From: Candidatus Omnitrophota bacterium
GTDB lineage: Bacteria > Omnitrophota > Gorgyraeia > Zapsychrales > Zapsychraceae
Length of the DNA: 64,000 nt
Direction: 5' to 3'
NCBI GenBank assembly: GCA_018062515.1
Contig: JAGOSC010000002.1
Span: forward strand, 20,807-84,806
The notes below the pieces were generated by a model. It ran no database searches and was not told the DNA's origin. It worked only from the letters and a program-made list of their open reading frames with translations. Positions 8,733-18,776 of the stretch are shown here, piece by piece. A program made the position numbers and the translations under genes. Every line of letters begins with the position of its first letter. Position 1 is the first letter of the stretch.

Positions 8733-10136
8733 ATGAAGGATTACCTTAAAGAAACAATTGAATTAACCCGCGATCCACTGCTTCTTCTCAAGGCTTTTGA
8801 AGATCAGCCCTACCGCTTTCTTCTGGATAGCAGTTTGCCTGACCCCCATCGAGGCCGCTATTCTTTTTTCGGATTTGACCCGTTTAAGGTGTATCAACAT
8901 AAAAACCGTTCTCATTTTGATCAATTAAAAAAAGAATATTCGATGTACTGCTTTGATCAATCTTCCGACGATATTTTACCGTCGGGAATTGTTGGTTTTA
9001 TCGGCTATGATCACGGCTTACATCAAGAAAATATTCCGCTCAAATCCATCGATGATTTTAATCTTCCCGATTGTTTATTTGGCTTTTATGACTGCATCAT
9101 CACGGTTGATCACGTATTTAAGAAAATGCACATTACCTCGACGGGTTACCCAGAACAGGAGCCCGCAAAACGGTTAAAAAGGGCTCAAGATCGGATTCAC
9201 TTTGTTAAAGACCGGCTGAATCGATTTAAGAAAATTAATGTTGCCGGGCTTACTTCAGATCTCGTTCATACCGACACAGAAATGGAGTTAGATTGTAATT
9301 TTACAAAAGACCAGTATATCAACGCCGTCGAGAAAGCGCTGGGTTACATCGCCAAAGGGGATATTTATCAAGTAAATTTATCCCAACGGTTTAATGTTTT
9401 GAAAGAACCAAATGCTGATCCGTTGTTATTATATCAATATCTGCGCCGCTATTCACCGTCGAGATTCGGTGTTTATTTTGATGGCGGCCCCTTCCAAGTG
9501 ATCAGCAGTTCGCCCGAACGATATTTGCAATTAAGAGACAATGTACTACAAACTCAACCGATGAAAGGTACGCGCCCACGGGGAAAAACACCGCAGGAAG
9601 ACGCGCGTTATCGTCAGGAGATTTTGTCGTCGGAAAAAGATAAGGCTGAGCTGTTGATGATCACGGATTTAGAGCGCAATGATTTAGGCCGCGTGTGTGA
9701 ATATGGCTCAGTTAAGGTCAGGGATATGCGGACAATCGAAGAATATTCGACGGTATTTCAAACAACATCGACGGTGGAAGGCCAATTGCGAACAGATAAA
9801 GATATGTTTGATGTGTTATCAGCCTGTTTTCCCGGCGGATCGATCACCGGTTGTCCTAAAATTAAATCTATGAATATTATTGAAGAATTGGAACCGACGA
9901 GACGTTCGATTTATACCGGAGCGTTCGGCTATATTGGGTTTAATCGGCAAATGGATTTTAATATTTTGATTCGCACCATCCTTTCTTATCAAGATCGGTA
10001 TTTTTTCCAGGTCGGAGGCGGAATTGTCGCCGAATCGGTTCCCGAGGACGAATACGAAGAAACATTAGTAAAAGCCAAGGCCATACAATCTTCCCTGAAG
10101 GCCCTAAATCTTACATCGAATTTTCAGAAGGTATAA
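8733..10136 (+). CDS. pabB: aminodeoxychorismate synthase component I (anthranilate-synthase component I family)
   Basis: Chorismate-binding-enzyme C-terminal signatures (SPERYL, PMKGT, DLERNDLGRV, FPGGSITGCPK). An adjacent class-IV lyase gene supports PabB over TrpE. Confidence 0.7.
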   Translation: MKDYLKETIELTRDPLLLLKAFEDQPYRFLLDSSLPDPHRGRYSFFGFDPFKVYQHKNRSHFDQLKKEYSMYCFDQSSDDILPSGIVGFIGYDHGLHQENIPLKSIDDFNLPDCLFGFYDCIITVDHVFKKMHITSTGYPEQEPAKRLKRAQDRIHFVKDRLNRFKKINVAGLTSDLVHTDTEMELDCNFTKDQYINAVEKALGYIAKGDIYQVNLSQRFNVLKEPNADPLLLYQYLRRYSPSRFGVYFDGGPFQVISSSPERYLQLRDNVLQTQPMKGTRPRGKTPQEDARYRQEILSSEKDKAELLMITDLERNDLGRVCEYGSVKVRDMRTIEEYSTVFQTTSTVEGQLRTDKDMFDVLSACFPGGSITGCPKIKSMNIIEELEPTRRSIYTGAFGYIGFNRQMDFNILIRTILSYQDRYFFQVGGGIVAESVPEDEYEETLVKAKAIQSSLKALNLTSNFQKV

Positions 10137-10139
10137 TCC

Positions 10140-10946
10140 GTGAAAAGACCGATCATCAATTTTAATCAAGAGTGGACGGAGGCTTCTGACGATTTGCTTC
10201 ATGCTTTGTCTCCCGGTGTGATTAGAGGACATGGCGTTTTTGAAACCATTCTGATCGATCATGGGCACGTTTGCCTTTGGCAGGAACATTTTGATCGATT
10301 AAAACGAGGTTGTGGATTGTATAAAATCCAATTCACATTTTCGTCGATAAAGTTATTACAGCAGATTAAGAAAATCGTTCAGTTAAACCATCTTATTCAT
10401 GGGCGTGTAAGAATTTCTATCTATAAAGATCAAGGACAAATTTTTTTTAATATCGTCGGTGTACCACTGAATTCTAAAAAAGATTCGATCAAGGTTATGA
10501 TTTCACCGATTAGAAGAAAAAAGAATGCATTCTCTCATGTTAAATCCATAACGTATGAACCGTATTTTGAAGCTAATAAAGAAGCAAAATCAAAAGGATA
10601 TGATGAAGCAATTTTATTGAATCCGTCAGGATTTTTGGTTGAAGGATCGACGACGAATATTTTTATGGTGGAAAAAAATCTCCTACTTACGCCGTCGATA
10701 GACACAGGTTGTCTTAACGGTATTATTCGGCAAAAAGTCATAGGTTTGGCCCGGCAAGCGGGAATAAAGGTAAAGACGGGAAAATACAAATTGAACCGTC
10801 TTGTTAAGGCCGATGAAGTTTTTCTCACCAATTCACTGATTGGACTAAAACCCGTGAGTTGTGTGAATCAGTTTCGCTTTTTGAAAAAGCCAAGACCGGT
10901 TTTCGATTTACTTCTTGATCTATATAAAAAATCCCCGCAATACTGA
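10140..10946 (+). CDS. pabC: aminodeoxychorismate lyase / class IV aminotransferase
   Basis: 268 aa, class IV (BCAT/PabC) fold pattern, immediately downstream of pabB. Confidence 0.6.
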   Translation: MKRPIINFNQEWTEASDDLLHALSPGVIRGHGVFETILIDHGHVCLWQEHFDRLKRGCGLYKIQFTFSSIKLLQQIKKIVQLNHLIHGRVRISIYKDQGQIFFNIVGVPLNSKKDSIKVMISPIRRKKNAFSHVKSITYEPYFEANKEAKSKGYDEAILLNPSGFLVEGSTTNIFMVEKNLLLTPSIDTGCLNGIIRQKVIGLARQAGIKVKTGKYKLNRLVKADEVFLTNSLIGLKPVSCVNQFRFLKKPRPVFDLLLDLYKKSPQY

Positions 10947-10998
10947 GAAATTTCCAGTTTATGATTGCAGGTAAAAACTTCTCAACTATAATAAAAAC

Positions 10999-11976
10999 AT
11001 GACACAGGCAACCCACCGACCATTTATCATCTTAATTTTTTCTTTTCTGATTCTTTTAACTGCCTCTTCTTCGTTGAAAGCGGAAGAAGAGACGGATTCA
11101 CTGTATCAACCGCGCACATCCCGTTACGATACGATGAAAAAACTCAAAGATGATATCGCTGTTTTGATCGCCGAGAATAAAAAATTAGAAGAACGGTATT
11201 CACAATTAAAAGAAGAATGGCAATTGATTCAAGATCAGAGCCCTTCATCTCAAAAAGAAGTTATCCAAAATAACCCCGAATCGCTGTTTCCAACAAAAAT
11301 AAATGCTGGTCAGGAAAATTTTGATCCATATATCGACGACAAAAACTTGGATAGTCAAAAACGTTACTTGAGTGGTGAGTTGATGGATTACAGCGAACAA
11401 TTGTCGTTATTGCAGTTACATTTAGCTGATTTACAATACCAGCGTCGGGAATTAGAGCTTGAATTAAAGTTAAACAAAGTTCAGAATCAGGATAAAGAAC
11501 GAAAAGCTTTGGAATTGAAAGAAGCGGAGAATATTGCGCTTCAGCAAGCGCTGCAAAAAGAACGGCAATTATTAGAAGAAATTACTCGTCGAGAAGAGGA
11601 ATTAAGAACCACTCCGGAACAGGTATCGGTTTTAGAAAAAGAAAATCAAGATCTCGAAGAAAAAGCGGTTTCTTTGGCAAAGAAAAAAGAATTTAAAGAA
11701 AAAGAGCTGTCGATTCTTAAAGACAAAAAAATGTTGAAGGAAAAATCTACCGCACAATCTCTATCTAAGGCGGAAAAAGAAAAATCTGATCTTAAAAATC
11801 AGGTGGAAGATTTGAAAAAACAGCATGATCAGCTATCCAATCAAATAACCACTTCCCTAGGCCGGCAAGACCGTAGAAATGAGCTGATTCAAGGAATCAA
11901 GAAATACGACCTGGAAAATCAAAAACTCCGTACCCAAATTGATGAAATGAGCTTAATGCTTAAACGTCAAGAATAA
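10999..11976 (+). CDS. secreted coiled-coil protein
   Basis: Signal-peptide-like N-terminus followed by ~250 aa of E/K/L/Q-rich heptad-like sequence. Confidence 0.5.
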   Translation: MTQATHRPFIILIFSFLILLTASSSLKAEEETDSLYQPRTSRYDTMKKLKDDIAVLIAENKKLEERYSQLKEEWQLIQDQSPSSQKEVIQNNPESLFPTKINAGQENFDPYIDDKNLDSQKRYLSGELMDYSEQLSLLQLHLADLQYQRRELELELKLNKVQNQDKERKALELKEAENIALQQALQKERQLLEEITRREEELRTTPEQVSVLEKENQDLEEKAVSLAKKKEFKEKELSILKDKKMLKEKSTAQSLSKAEKEKSDLKNQVEDLKKQHDQLSNQITTSLGRQDRRNELIQGIKKYDLENQKLRTQIDEMSLMLKRQE

Positions 11977-12022
11977 CCTTCCAAACCCGCCATTTATCCA
12001 TCTTTTCAAGAAAATTTCTATT

Positions 12023-12048
12023 TTGCCGATATAACCATTGGCTTTTTT
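12023..12048 (+). terminator. possible intrinsic terminator (6-bp stem with one G-U pair, followed by T8)
   Basis: The sequence gccgat/attggc can pair and is followed by tttttttt downstream of the coiled-coil gene. Confidence 0.3.
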
Positions 12049-12193
12049 TTGTTCCATGTTATAATTGGCTATCGTATTTATAATAATATTACAATTAAGT
12101 TACGGTACTCCTGTTTTATGGAAAAGGTAGGATTTAAAACGGGATTCATTCTCTCTTATGGGCGGGAGTGAGAAAAATAAATGGGAGTATAGT

Positions 12194-12679
12194 ATGGACG
12201 AGATATTGGAAATTTTATCAAATGATGCGCGGGTAAGCACCGCTGAAATTGCCAAGTTGACGGGAAAAACGGAAGACACGGTTAAGAAGGCGATCAAGAA
12301 ATATGAAGCGGATGGGACTATTGTCAAATATAAGACTGTTATTGATTATGATTTGGTCAGTGAAGGTAAGGAAAACGTACGCGCCTTGATTGAAGTCAGC
12401 GTTTCTCCGCAAAAAAATGTCGGTTTTGAAAATATCGCGGAAAGAATTTATAGTTTTCCGGAAGTAAAAAGCTGTTATCTTTTGTCGGGATCTTACGACC
12501 TTTTGGTCGTCGTCGAAGGTGAAACGCTGCAAACGGTGTCTAATTTTGTCGCCTCCAAGCTTTCTTCTATGGAACAAGTGCGCGGCACAACGACGCATTT
12601 TCTTCTAAAGAAGTACAAAGAAGACGGACACGTTCTTAAGAAAAACTCTGAAGGTAAACGATTAAACATTTCATATTAA
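12194..12679 (+). CDS. Lrp/AsnC-family transcriptional regulator
   Basis: HTH segment ARVSTAEIAKLTGKTEDTVKKAIKK plus a RAM domain. Start set at MDEILEIL, which has a GGGAG Shine-Dalgarno-like sequence 7 nt upstream. Confidence 0.8.
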   Translation: MDEILEILSNDARVSTAEIAKLTGKTEDTVKKAIKKYEADGTIVKYKTVIDYDLVSEGKENVRALIEVSVSPQKNVGFENIAERIYSFPEVKSCYLLSGSYDLLVVVEGETLQTVSNFVASKLSSMEQVRGTTTHFLLKKYKEDGHVLKKNSEGKRLNISY

Positions 12680-12688
12680 CGGAAATCT

Positions 12689-13840
12689 ATGGACTATAAT
12701 ATTTCAAAAAAAGTGGAAAAGATGGCGCCGTCGGGTATCCGCGCCTTTTTTGACCTTGTTTTAGGTATGAAGGATGTTATTTCGCTTGGCGTCGGGGAAC
12801 CGGATTTTGTGACTCCCTGGATGGTGCGGGAAGCCGGGATCCATTCCCTGGAAAAAGGTTATACATCCTATACCTCCAATAAAGGTATGCCGGAATTACG
12901 TAAACAAATCGTCCAGTTTTTAACCAAAAGATATGGACTTACGTATGATTTTGATAATGAAGTATTAATCACCGTCGGAGTATCAGAAGGATTAGACCTA
13001 GTCATGCGGGTCCTTCTTAACCCGAATGATAAAGTTTTAATTCACCAGCCTTGTTATGTATCTTATGCCCCCGTCGTTGAATTAGCCGGCGGTATTCCTG
13101 TCATTATTCAAACGGATGTCAGTAATGGATTTAAACTCAGCCCCGAACAGATTGAAAAAGCTTGCACCAAAGACGCCAAGGTGTTGATGCTGAATTATCC
13201 TTGTAACCCGACCGGAACGTCATACACAAAAGAAGAATTGAGCGCGATTTGTAAAGTCGTTAAGAAACATAATCTTATTGTTGTCAGCGACGAGGTTTAT
13301 GATGAATTAACCTACGATTTTGATCACACGCCGATTTCTACTTTTCCTGGAATGAAAGAGCGAGTCGTTTATTTAAATGGATTTTCAAAATCTTACGCGA
13401 TGACCGGTTTTCGTATTGGTTATGCGTGTGGCCCGAAAGAAATCATTGCCGGCATGACCAAGGTTCATCAATACACCATGTTATGTCCGTCGATTACCGG
13501 CCAAATAGCGGCCAGAGAAGCGCTTCTGCATGGATATAAAGATGTGCTGGAAATGAAAAAAGAATATAATCGCCGGCGATTATTTGTCGTCGATGGCCTA
13601 AATGAGCTTGGATTAAAATGCCATATGCCGCAAGGGGCTTTTTATGTTTTTCCGTCGATCACGAGTACCAAAATGAAATCGATGGACTTTGCTCAAAAAT
13701 TACTGACCGAACAAAAAGTCGCTCTTGTACCGGGCGTGGCCTTTGGCGCCGCCTGCGAAGGCTTTATCCGTATATCTTATGCGTCGAGTTATCAAAATCT
13801 TAAAGAGGCGCTTGCCCGGATTAAATTATTTCTAAAATAA
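12689..13840 (+). CDS. class I pyridoxal-phosphate aminotransferase (aspartate/aromatic type)
   Basis: NPTGT motif and the PLP-lysine motif SKSYAMTGFRIGYA. Confidence 0.8.
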   Translation: MDYNISKKVEKMAPSGIRAFFDLVLGMKDVISLGVGEPDFVTPWMVREAGIHSLEKGYTSYTSNKGMPELRKQIVQFLTKRYGLTYDFDNEVLITVGVSEGLDLVMRVLLNPNDKVLIHQPCYVSYAPVVELAGGIPVIIQTDVSNGFKLSPEQIEKACTKDAKVLMLNYPCNPTGTSYTKEELSAICKVVKKHNLIVVSDEVYDELTYDFDHTPISTFPGMKERVVYLNGFSKSYAMTGFRIGYACGPKEIIAGMTKVHQYTMLCPSITGQIAAREALLHGYKDVLEMKKEYNRRRLFVVDGLNELGLKCHMPQGAFYVFPSITSTKMKSMDFAQKLLTEQKVALVPGVAFGAACEGFIRISYASSYQNLKEALARIKLFLK

Positions 13841-13850
13841 GAGAATAGCG

Positions 13851-14252
13851 ATGGTTAAATTAAAGACTTCAAATACTGATCAGTTTGAAATTGAATTTTG
13901 TGAAGGTTTACTTAAAAAAATCCCGCATTTTTTTGAGGCCATGGTCTTGTTGGGCGATCTATACACAAAAGTCGGGCGTTATCAGGATGGCCTGGCTATC
14001 GACGAGAAATTGTATCAAATCGACCCCGAAAACCCCGTTATTTTATACAACCTAGCCTGCAGTTATTCTTTGATGAATCACATTGATCTTTCCTTCCGAT
14101 CGCTTAAAAAAGCCATTACCTGTGGTTATGATGATTATCGACATATAGAGCACGATTTAGACTTGGAAAATTTAAAAAAAGATAAACGATTCCAGAAATA
14201 TTTTGCTGCTTTGAACAAAAAAAGAACTACTTTTTTTAGCGATCATGCATAA
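13851..14252 (+). CDS. TPR-repeat protein
   Basis: 133 aa with TPR-like helical repeats. Confidence 0.45.
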   Translation: MVKLKTSNTDQFEIEFCEGLLKKIPHFFEAMVLLGDLYTKVGRYQDGLAIDEKLYQIDPENPVILYNLACSYSLMNHIDLSFRSLKKAITCGYDDYRHIEHDLDLENLKKDKRFQKYFAALNKKRTTFFSDHA

Positions 14253-15396
14253 AACAGCAAAAGATCCGCAAACATATCACGGCATGAAATATCGGCTTTT
14301 TTTTGCCGGTTTTTTTCTGGATACCATTTTGTTTTTGTTTTTGCTCTATAGTGGAATGACCTTTAGCATTAAACATTCCGCCCATTCCATAGTCAATCAA
14401 GTCTCCGTCGGGAATGCATTTTACGTTGCCTGCTTAAGTATCTTTTTGTATATCATTCACTTTCCGTTAGGTTATTTTAATGGATTTGTTTGGGAACATA
14501 GACATGGATTGTCCAACCAAACATTTGGACAATGGATAAAGGATGACCTTAAGAAATTTGTTTTGGGACTGGTTCTCTCGACGATCTTAGTGTGCGCGAT
14601 TTATTGGTTCTTAGGGCGGATGGGCGGCGCGTGGTGGTTGATGGCCGGAACTTTTTGGCTATTTTTAAGTGTCGTGTTAGCTAAATTAATGCCGAATGTC
14701 ATTGTGCCATTATTTTACAAATATAAGAATATCGACGATGAATTGTTGAAACATAGCATTCACGAAATGTTTAATCATTGCCGTACAACTCTTAAAGATA
14801 TTTACGCTATTGATTTTTCAAGTAAGACAAAAAAGGCCAATGCGTTTATCTGCGGGCTGGGAAAATCCCGTCGAGTTGTCCTGAGTGACACATTGCTCTC
14901 GGAATTTGATAAGGAAGAAATTGAAGCCGTGGTGGCGCACGAATTAGGACATTATTGTCATCGCGATATTGTTAAAATGCTGGCCGTGAACGCGGTTTTG
15001 ATTTTTTCAGGATTATATATCATCGATAAGGTTTTAAAGGGCGCGGTCAATTACTTTGGTTTTGATGGAATGAATGATATAGCCTCCTTGCCGCTTTTTA
15101 TTCTGGTTTTTTCTTTATTAGGCATTATTGTTACTCCGTTAACCAATTGGTATAGTTGTCGCATGGAGAAATCAGCCGACGAGTTTAGCTTAAAACTAAC
15201 AGATAAGCCCGGCGCTTTTATCAGTATGATGGAAAAATTAGGACAGATGAATTTGTCAGAATTTCAGCCGAATAAATTTATCGAAATATTTTTTTATGAT
15301 CACCCGCCCCTTCAACAGCGGATTAATTTTGCCAGAAATTTTAAAAAGGATAATGAACATGACCGAAGCAAAATCAGAAAAAAGAAAATATCTTAG
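14245..15396 (+). CDS. M48-family (Ste24/HtpX-like) membrane zinc metalloprotease
   Basis: Several N-terminal transmembrane segments and the HELGHY zinc-binding motif (VAHELGHYCHRD). Confidence 0.75.
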   Translation: MHKTAKDPQTYHGMKYRLFFAGFFLDTILFLFLLYSGMTFSIKHSAHSIVNQVSVGNAFYVACLSIFLYIIHFPLGYFNGFVWEHRHGLSNQTFGQWIKDDLKKFVLGLVLSTILVCAIYWFLGRMGGAWWLMAGTFWLFLSVVLAKLMPNVIVPLFYKYKNIDDELLKHSIHEMFNHCRTTLKDIYAIDFSSKTKKANAFICGLGKSRRVVLSDTLLSEFDKEEIEAVVAHELGHYCHRDIVKMLAVNAVLIFSGLYIIDKVLKGAVNYFGFDGMNDIASLPLFILVFSLLGIIVTPLTNWYSCRMEKSADEFSLKLTDKPGAFISMMEKLGQMNLSEFQPNKFIEIFFYDHPPLQQRINFARNFKKDNEHDRSKIRKKKIS

Positions 15397-15829
15397 AACC
15401 GCTAAAAAAGTCCCGATGGATTTCTCGCCGGTGGATCATCAGGAAATACTTCTTCCCGGTGTGGGTTGGCAGAAGGGACAAACCGTTAATGTCAGCCAAG
15501 GCGGTGTCTGTGTCGAAACGGAAACCTTAAATGAATCCGTGATTAGATATTTGAATCAACAGCAAATTTTGCTGGCTTTAAAGTTTCATATTCCGTTTTA
15601 TAAAAAAACGGTGCATGCGATAGGGAACGTCGCGTGGTATGAAAAAGAAGAAACCTCCATAGGCATACGTTATACATTAGGAATCAAGTATCGTTCGATA
15701 AAACCCGTCGACGTTCAGGTTCTTCTTCGGCAAACAGCGATTTTTAAATTTTTTCTTTATATTGTTTTTATTTTGACCACCCTTTTCGTCGGAAGTTTGA
15801 TGTATTATTTCTTAATCAGCGCACGTTAG
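15353..15829 (+). CDS. PilZ-domain protein with C-terminal transmembrane segment
   Basis: RKYLR (RxxxR) and NVSQGG (D/NxSxGG) c-di-GMP-binding motifs. An internal ATG was chosen to limit overlap with the upstream gene. Confidence 0.55.
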   Translation: MNMTEAKSEKRKYLRTAKKVPMDFSPVDHQEILLPGVGWQKGQTVNVSQGGVCVETETLNESVIRYLNQQQILLALKFHIPFYKKTVHAIGNVAWYEKEETSIGIRYTLGIKYRSIKPVDVQVLLRQTAIFKFFLYIVFILTTLFVGSLMYYFLISAR

Positions 15830-17589
15830 TGATCAGTATGCATCGAAAACCGATTATTATACTTATTGTGTTAACCGTATTAATATTCGGTAATTCGCTC
15901 TTGAATGGTTTTGTCGGTGACGACCATTTTTTGATTACGAATAATAAGTTTTATACCTCCTGGTCAAATCTCAAAGATCTGTTCACCTCCAAATATTTGG
16001 CCAACTCCGTCGATGTTCTCAATGTTCAGGATCAGGGCCGTTATTCATCCGGTTCAATCGCTTACCGTCCTGCTTTATCCTTAACTTATTTTCTGGATTA
16101 TTTTATCTGGCAATTAAAGCCATTCGGCTACCATTTGACAAATCTGTTATGGCATTTAGCGAATGTCGTCGGTGTTTATGGGTTGATATTTCTTTTAACG
16201 CGGACGGCGGGCTTGTCATTTTTAACGGCCCTATTATTCGCTGTTCATCCATACAAAAGTGAAGCGGTTTGCGGAATCGGCTATCGGGCAGATTTAGTTT
16301 CGACGTATTTTTTACTGATGACGTTTATTTTGTACATTGCTTACGCGTCTCAAACCAAGAAAATGCATTTATTAATCTTGTCGTGGCTAAGTTTTGGATT
16401 AGCGCTATTTTCCAAAGAATCGGTCATCATTTTCCCGGGATTGTTACTTATGTACGATTGTTGGATCAATCCCGACGGTAAACGACTAAAATTTAGTGAA
16501 TACCTGCGACGTTATAGCGGGTATATTGTCGTTATTTTGTCTTTCCTTTACGTTTATGTATACGTATTTCCTAATAAAACGGTTGAAACGCTGAACTGGT
16601 TTGGCGGAAATGTTCTGAATCATGCGGCCGTATGCATTCACATATTCGGAGAATATCTAACCGGTTTTTTTATGCCTGGCCTCGTCAAGGTTTTACCGCC
16701 CGCCTACAAGCCTCCAGTTGAACAACCGTGGGGAATAGAGACACAAATAGTGGTTTTAATCATTATTTTGTGTTTGTTTTTATTTTATAGAATGTCTGTC
16801 CAGCAGAAATTAAGTAAATTTTTTGTTGGATGGTTTTTAATCGCCTTGATACCCGTATCTAATCTCATTCCGCTGGCGAATCCCATGGCCCATCGTTTTA
16901 TGTATTTGCCTTCCGTCGGGATTTGTTTTATTTTAGCCCGTTTGATTTTCGATATCGGAGGATCGTTGAACATAAAAACGAAATCACAACGGTTCATTTA
17001 TATTTTAGCTTTAGCGTATGTGGGGTCGAGTTTAATCATGACTGTAAAAATCAATGCGATGTGGCGCCACAACTACATCATGGCTTTTCGTTTATACGAA
17101 AATCATCCCAACGATCCTTTTAGTTCAATGTTGATGGGAATCACGTATCAAAAGATCGGCGAAACGGAAAAGGCCAAAGATATTCTGGTAAAAGCATTGT
17201 CATTGGGATTGGAAGATCCGCGGGCATACTATGTTTTGGGACAATGTATGCTCAACGATTTGGATGCAGCACAGCGGTATTTGGAAGAAGGCGTTCACTT
17301 TTATCCGGATTATGGAATGCTTCGCCTCGGATTGGGCCGTATTTATTTGTTAAAGGGGCAAACAGATAAAGCTTTATTTCAGATTAAAAAAAGTATAGAA
17401 TTAACACCTTCCTATCGGGGATATTGTTATTTAACGCAAATTTATTTGATGAAAGGCGATGAACAAGCCGTTCGTCAAACGTTAGAAGATATAAAACGAG
17501 ATATGCCCGATCCCAAATACTATGATTTTATTCAGACGTTTATAAGTCGTAAAGACAAGATGGTTTTGCCCAAAGATATTGGGCTCTAG
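15829..17589 (+). CDS. polytopic membrane protein with C-terminal TPR array (TMTC/PMT-like putative protein O-glycosyltransferase fold)
   Basis: ~11 transmembrane helices, a loop-1 acidic motif FVGDDHF as in GT39/TMTC-type enzymes, and about 5 C-terminal TPRs. Confidence 0.5.
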   Translation: MISMHRKPIIILIVLTVLIFGNSLLNGFVGDDHFLITNNKFYTSWSNLKDLFTSKYLANSVDVLNVQDQGRYSSGSIAYRPALSLTYFLDYFIWQLKPFGYHLTNLLWHLANVVGVYGLIFLLTRTAGLSFLTALLFAVHPYKSEAVCGIGYRADLVSTYFLLMTFILYIAYASQTKKMHLLILSWLSFGLALFSKESVIIFPGLLLMYDCWINPDGKRLKFSEYLRRYSGYIVVILSFLYVYVYVFPNKTVETLNWFGGNVLNHAAVCIHIFGEYLTGFFMPGLVKVLPPAYKPPVEQPWGIETQIVVLIIILCLFLFYRMSVQQKLSKFFVGWFLIALIPVSNLIPLANPMAHRFMYLPSVGICFILARLIFDIGGSLNIKTKSQRFIYILALAYVGSSLIMTVKINAMWRHNYIMAFRLYENHPNDPFSSMLMGITYQKIGETEKAKDILVKALSLGLEDPRAYYVLGQCMLNDLDAAQRYLEEGVHFYPDYGMLRLGLGRIYLLKGQTDKALFQIKKSIELTPSYRGYCYLTQIYLMKGDEQAVRQTLEDIKRDMPDPKYYDFIQTFISRKDKMVLPKDIGL

Positions 17590-17598
17590 AAGGATGAA

Positions 17599-18018
17599 AT
17601 GAAACATTATCGGGAAGAGTTGTGGTTCAATACAGAAACACGGCGCGATTACATTAATATAACGTCGGACGTACAGAAGGCGATTGATAAAAGCGGTATC
17701 AAAGAAGGTTTATGTTTGGTGAATGCCATGCATATTTCCGCGAGTGTTTATATCAATGATGATGAGCGCGGTTTATTGCATGATTACGATCAATGGCTGG
17801 AAAAATTAGCGCCGCACGCGCCGGTTAATCAATATCGTCATAATGATACCGGTGAAGATAATGCGGATGCTCACTTAAAAAGACAAATCATGGGCCGCGA
17901 GGTAACCGTGGCGGTGACTAAAGGAAAGTTGGATTTTGGCCCATGGGAACAGATATTTTACGGCGAATTCGACGGCCGTCGGAAGAAAAGAGTTTTAATC
18001 AAAATAATTGGTGATTAG
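17599..18018 (+). CDS. YjbQ/UPF0047-family protein (secondary thiamine-phosphate synthase-like)
   Basis: 139 aa; the family-typical N-terminus and a conserved HxD segment are recognisable (memory-based). Confidence 0.65.
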   Translation: MKHYREELWFNTETRRDYINITSDVQKAIDKSGIKEGLCLVNAMHISASVYINDDERGLLHDYDQWLEKLAPHAPVNQYRHNDTGEDNADAHLKRQIMGREVTVAVTKGKLDFGPWEQIFYGEFDGRRKKRVLIKIIGD

Positions 18019-18032
18019 ATAAAAAATCTTCA

Positions 18033-18776
18033 TTGACAAGCATAATGAAAAAATATTTTCTAGCTCTTATTGTGTCAATAATTTTTACTAGTTATCTCAA
18101 TGTTCATTATGCTAACGGATCAGACTCTGAAAAGAATGAGGGAGAAAAGGAGTTTGGTTCGCAAAATGAACAAAATGATGACTGTTATGTTTATTCCAAA
18201 GAGAACAGTCATGGTTACCAAGAGGGGGAAAGTATTCTCGCTTGTCTGAATAAGATCACATATTTTTATCAACTTTTTGGTTTTAAAATAACTCTTTCAC
18301 GTGATTGGAGACAAAAACAGATTGGTAAACAAAGTCCTGATGATCTTGCAAAGTTTAGGACCGTTCGTTTTTCGCACAAAGTCTATAATATTAATATTTA
18401 TCTTAAAATGGAAAAAAGTTCCGCTTCAACACTTGAGGAAGTAGTCAAACAAAGTATTCATTTATTACCTGGAGGACGTCTAAATTTAGATTCAAAGATA
18501 GAAAAGACAAAAATAAGGGGAATTAAAGCTGTAAAATATGCTTATTCATATCTGGAGTTTGAAGAAGAAAAATCATTCTTGAGTTATTTGATAGTTGGAA
18601 GAAGATTACAAACGATGAGATATTTAATTCTACATGAAGGCTTTTTGTATGAAATAAATCTTTCCGCATGGCCTAATAATAATAACGAATTTAATAAATA
18701 TATTTCCAGCTTCGAAGAAATAATAAATACCATTGAGTTTACAGAGAGAATTGTATTAAGAGAAAATGATGAATAA
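18033..18776 (+). CDS. hypothetical exported protein
   Basis: Signal-peptide-like N-terminus; no recognisable domain. Confidence 0.4.
   Translation: MTSIMKKYFLALIVSIIFTSYLNVHYANGSDSEKNEGEKEFGSQNEQNDDCYVYSKENSHGYQEGESILACLNKITYFYQLFGFKITLSRDWRQKQIGKQSPDDLAKFRTVRFSHKVYNINIYLKMEKSSASTLEEVVKQSIHLLPGGRLNLDSKIEKTKIRGIKAVKYAYSYLEFEEEKSFLSYLIVGRRLQTMRYLILHEGFLYEINLSAWPNNNNEFNKYISSFEEIINTIEFTERIVLRENDE

Noticed and set aside
8953-9177. 74-aa alternative-frame ORF inside pabB (similarly 13618-13803, 16269-16481, 42206-42421, 53319-53606)
   Set aside because: Same-strand out-of-frame ORFs embedded in longer, motif-supported genes.
15296-15352. Longer N-terminal extension of the PilZ ORF starting at 15296
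   Set aside because: It would overlap the M48 protease gene by 100 nt. The internal ATG at 15353 gives a conventional short overlap.
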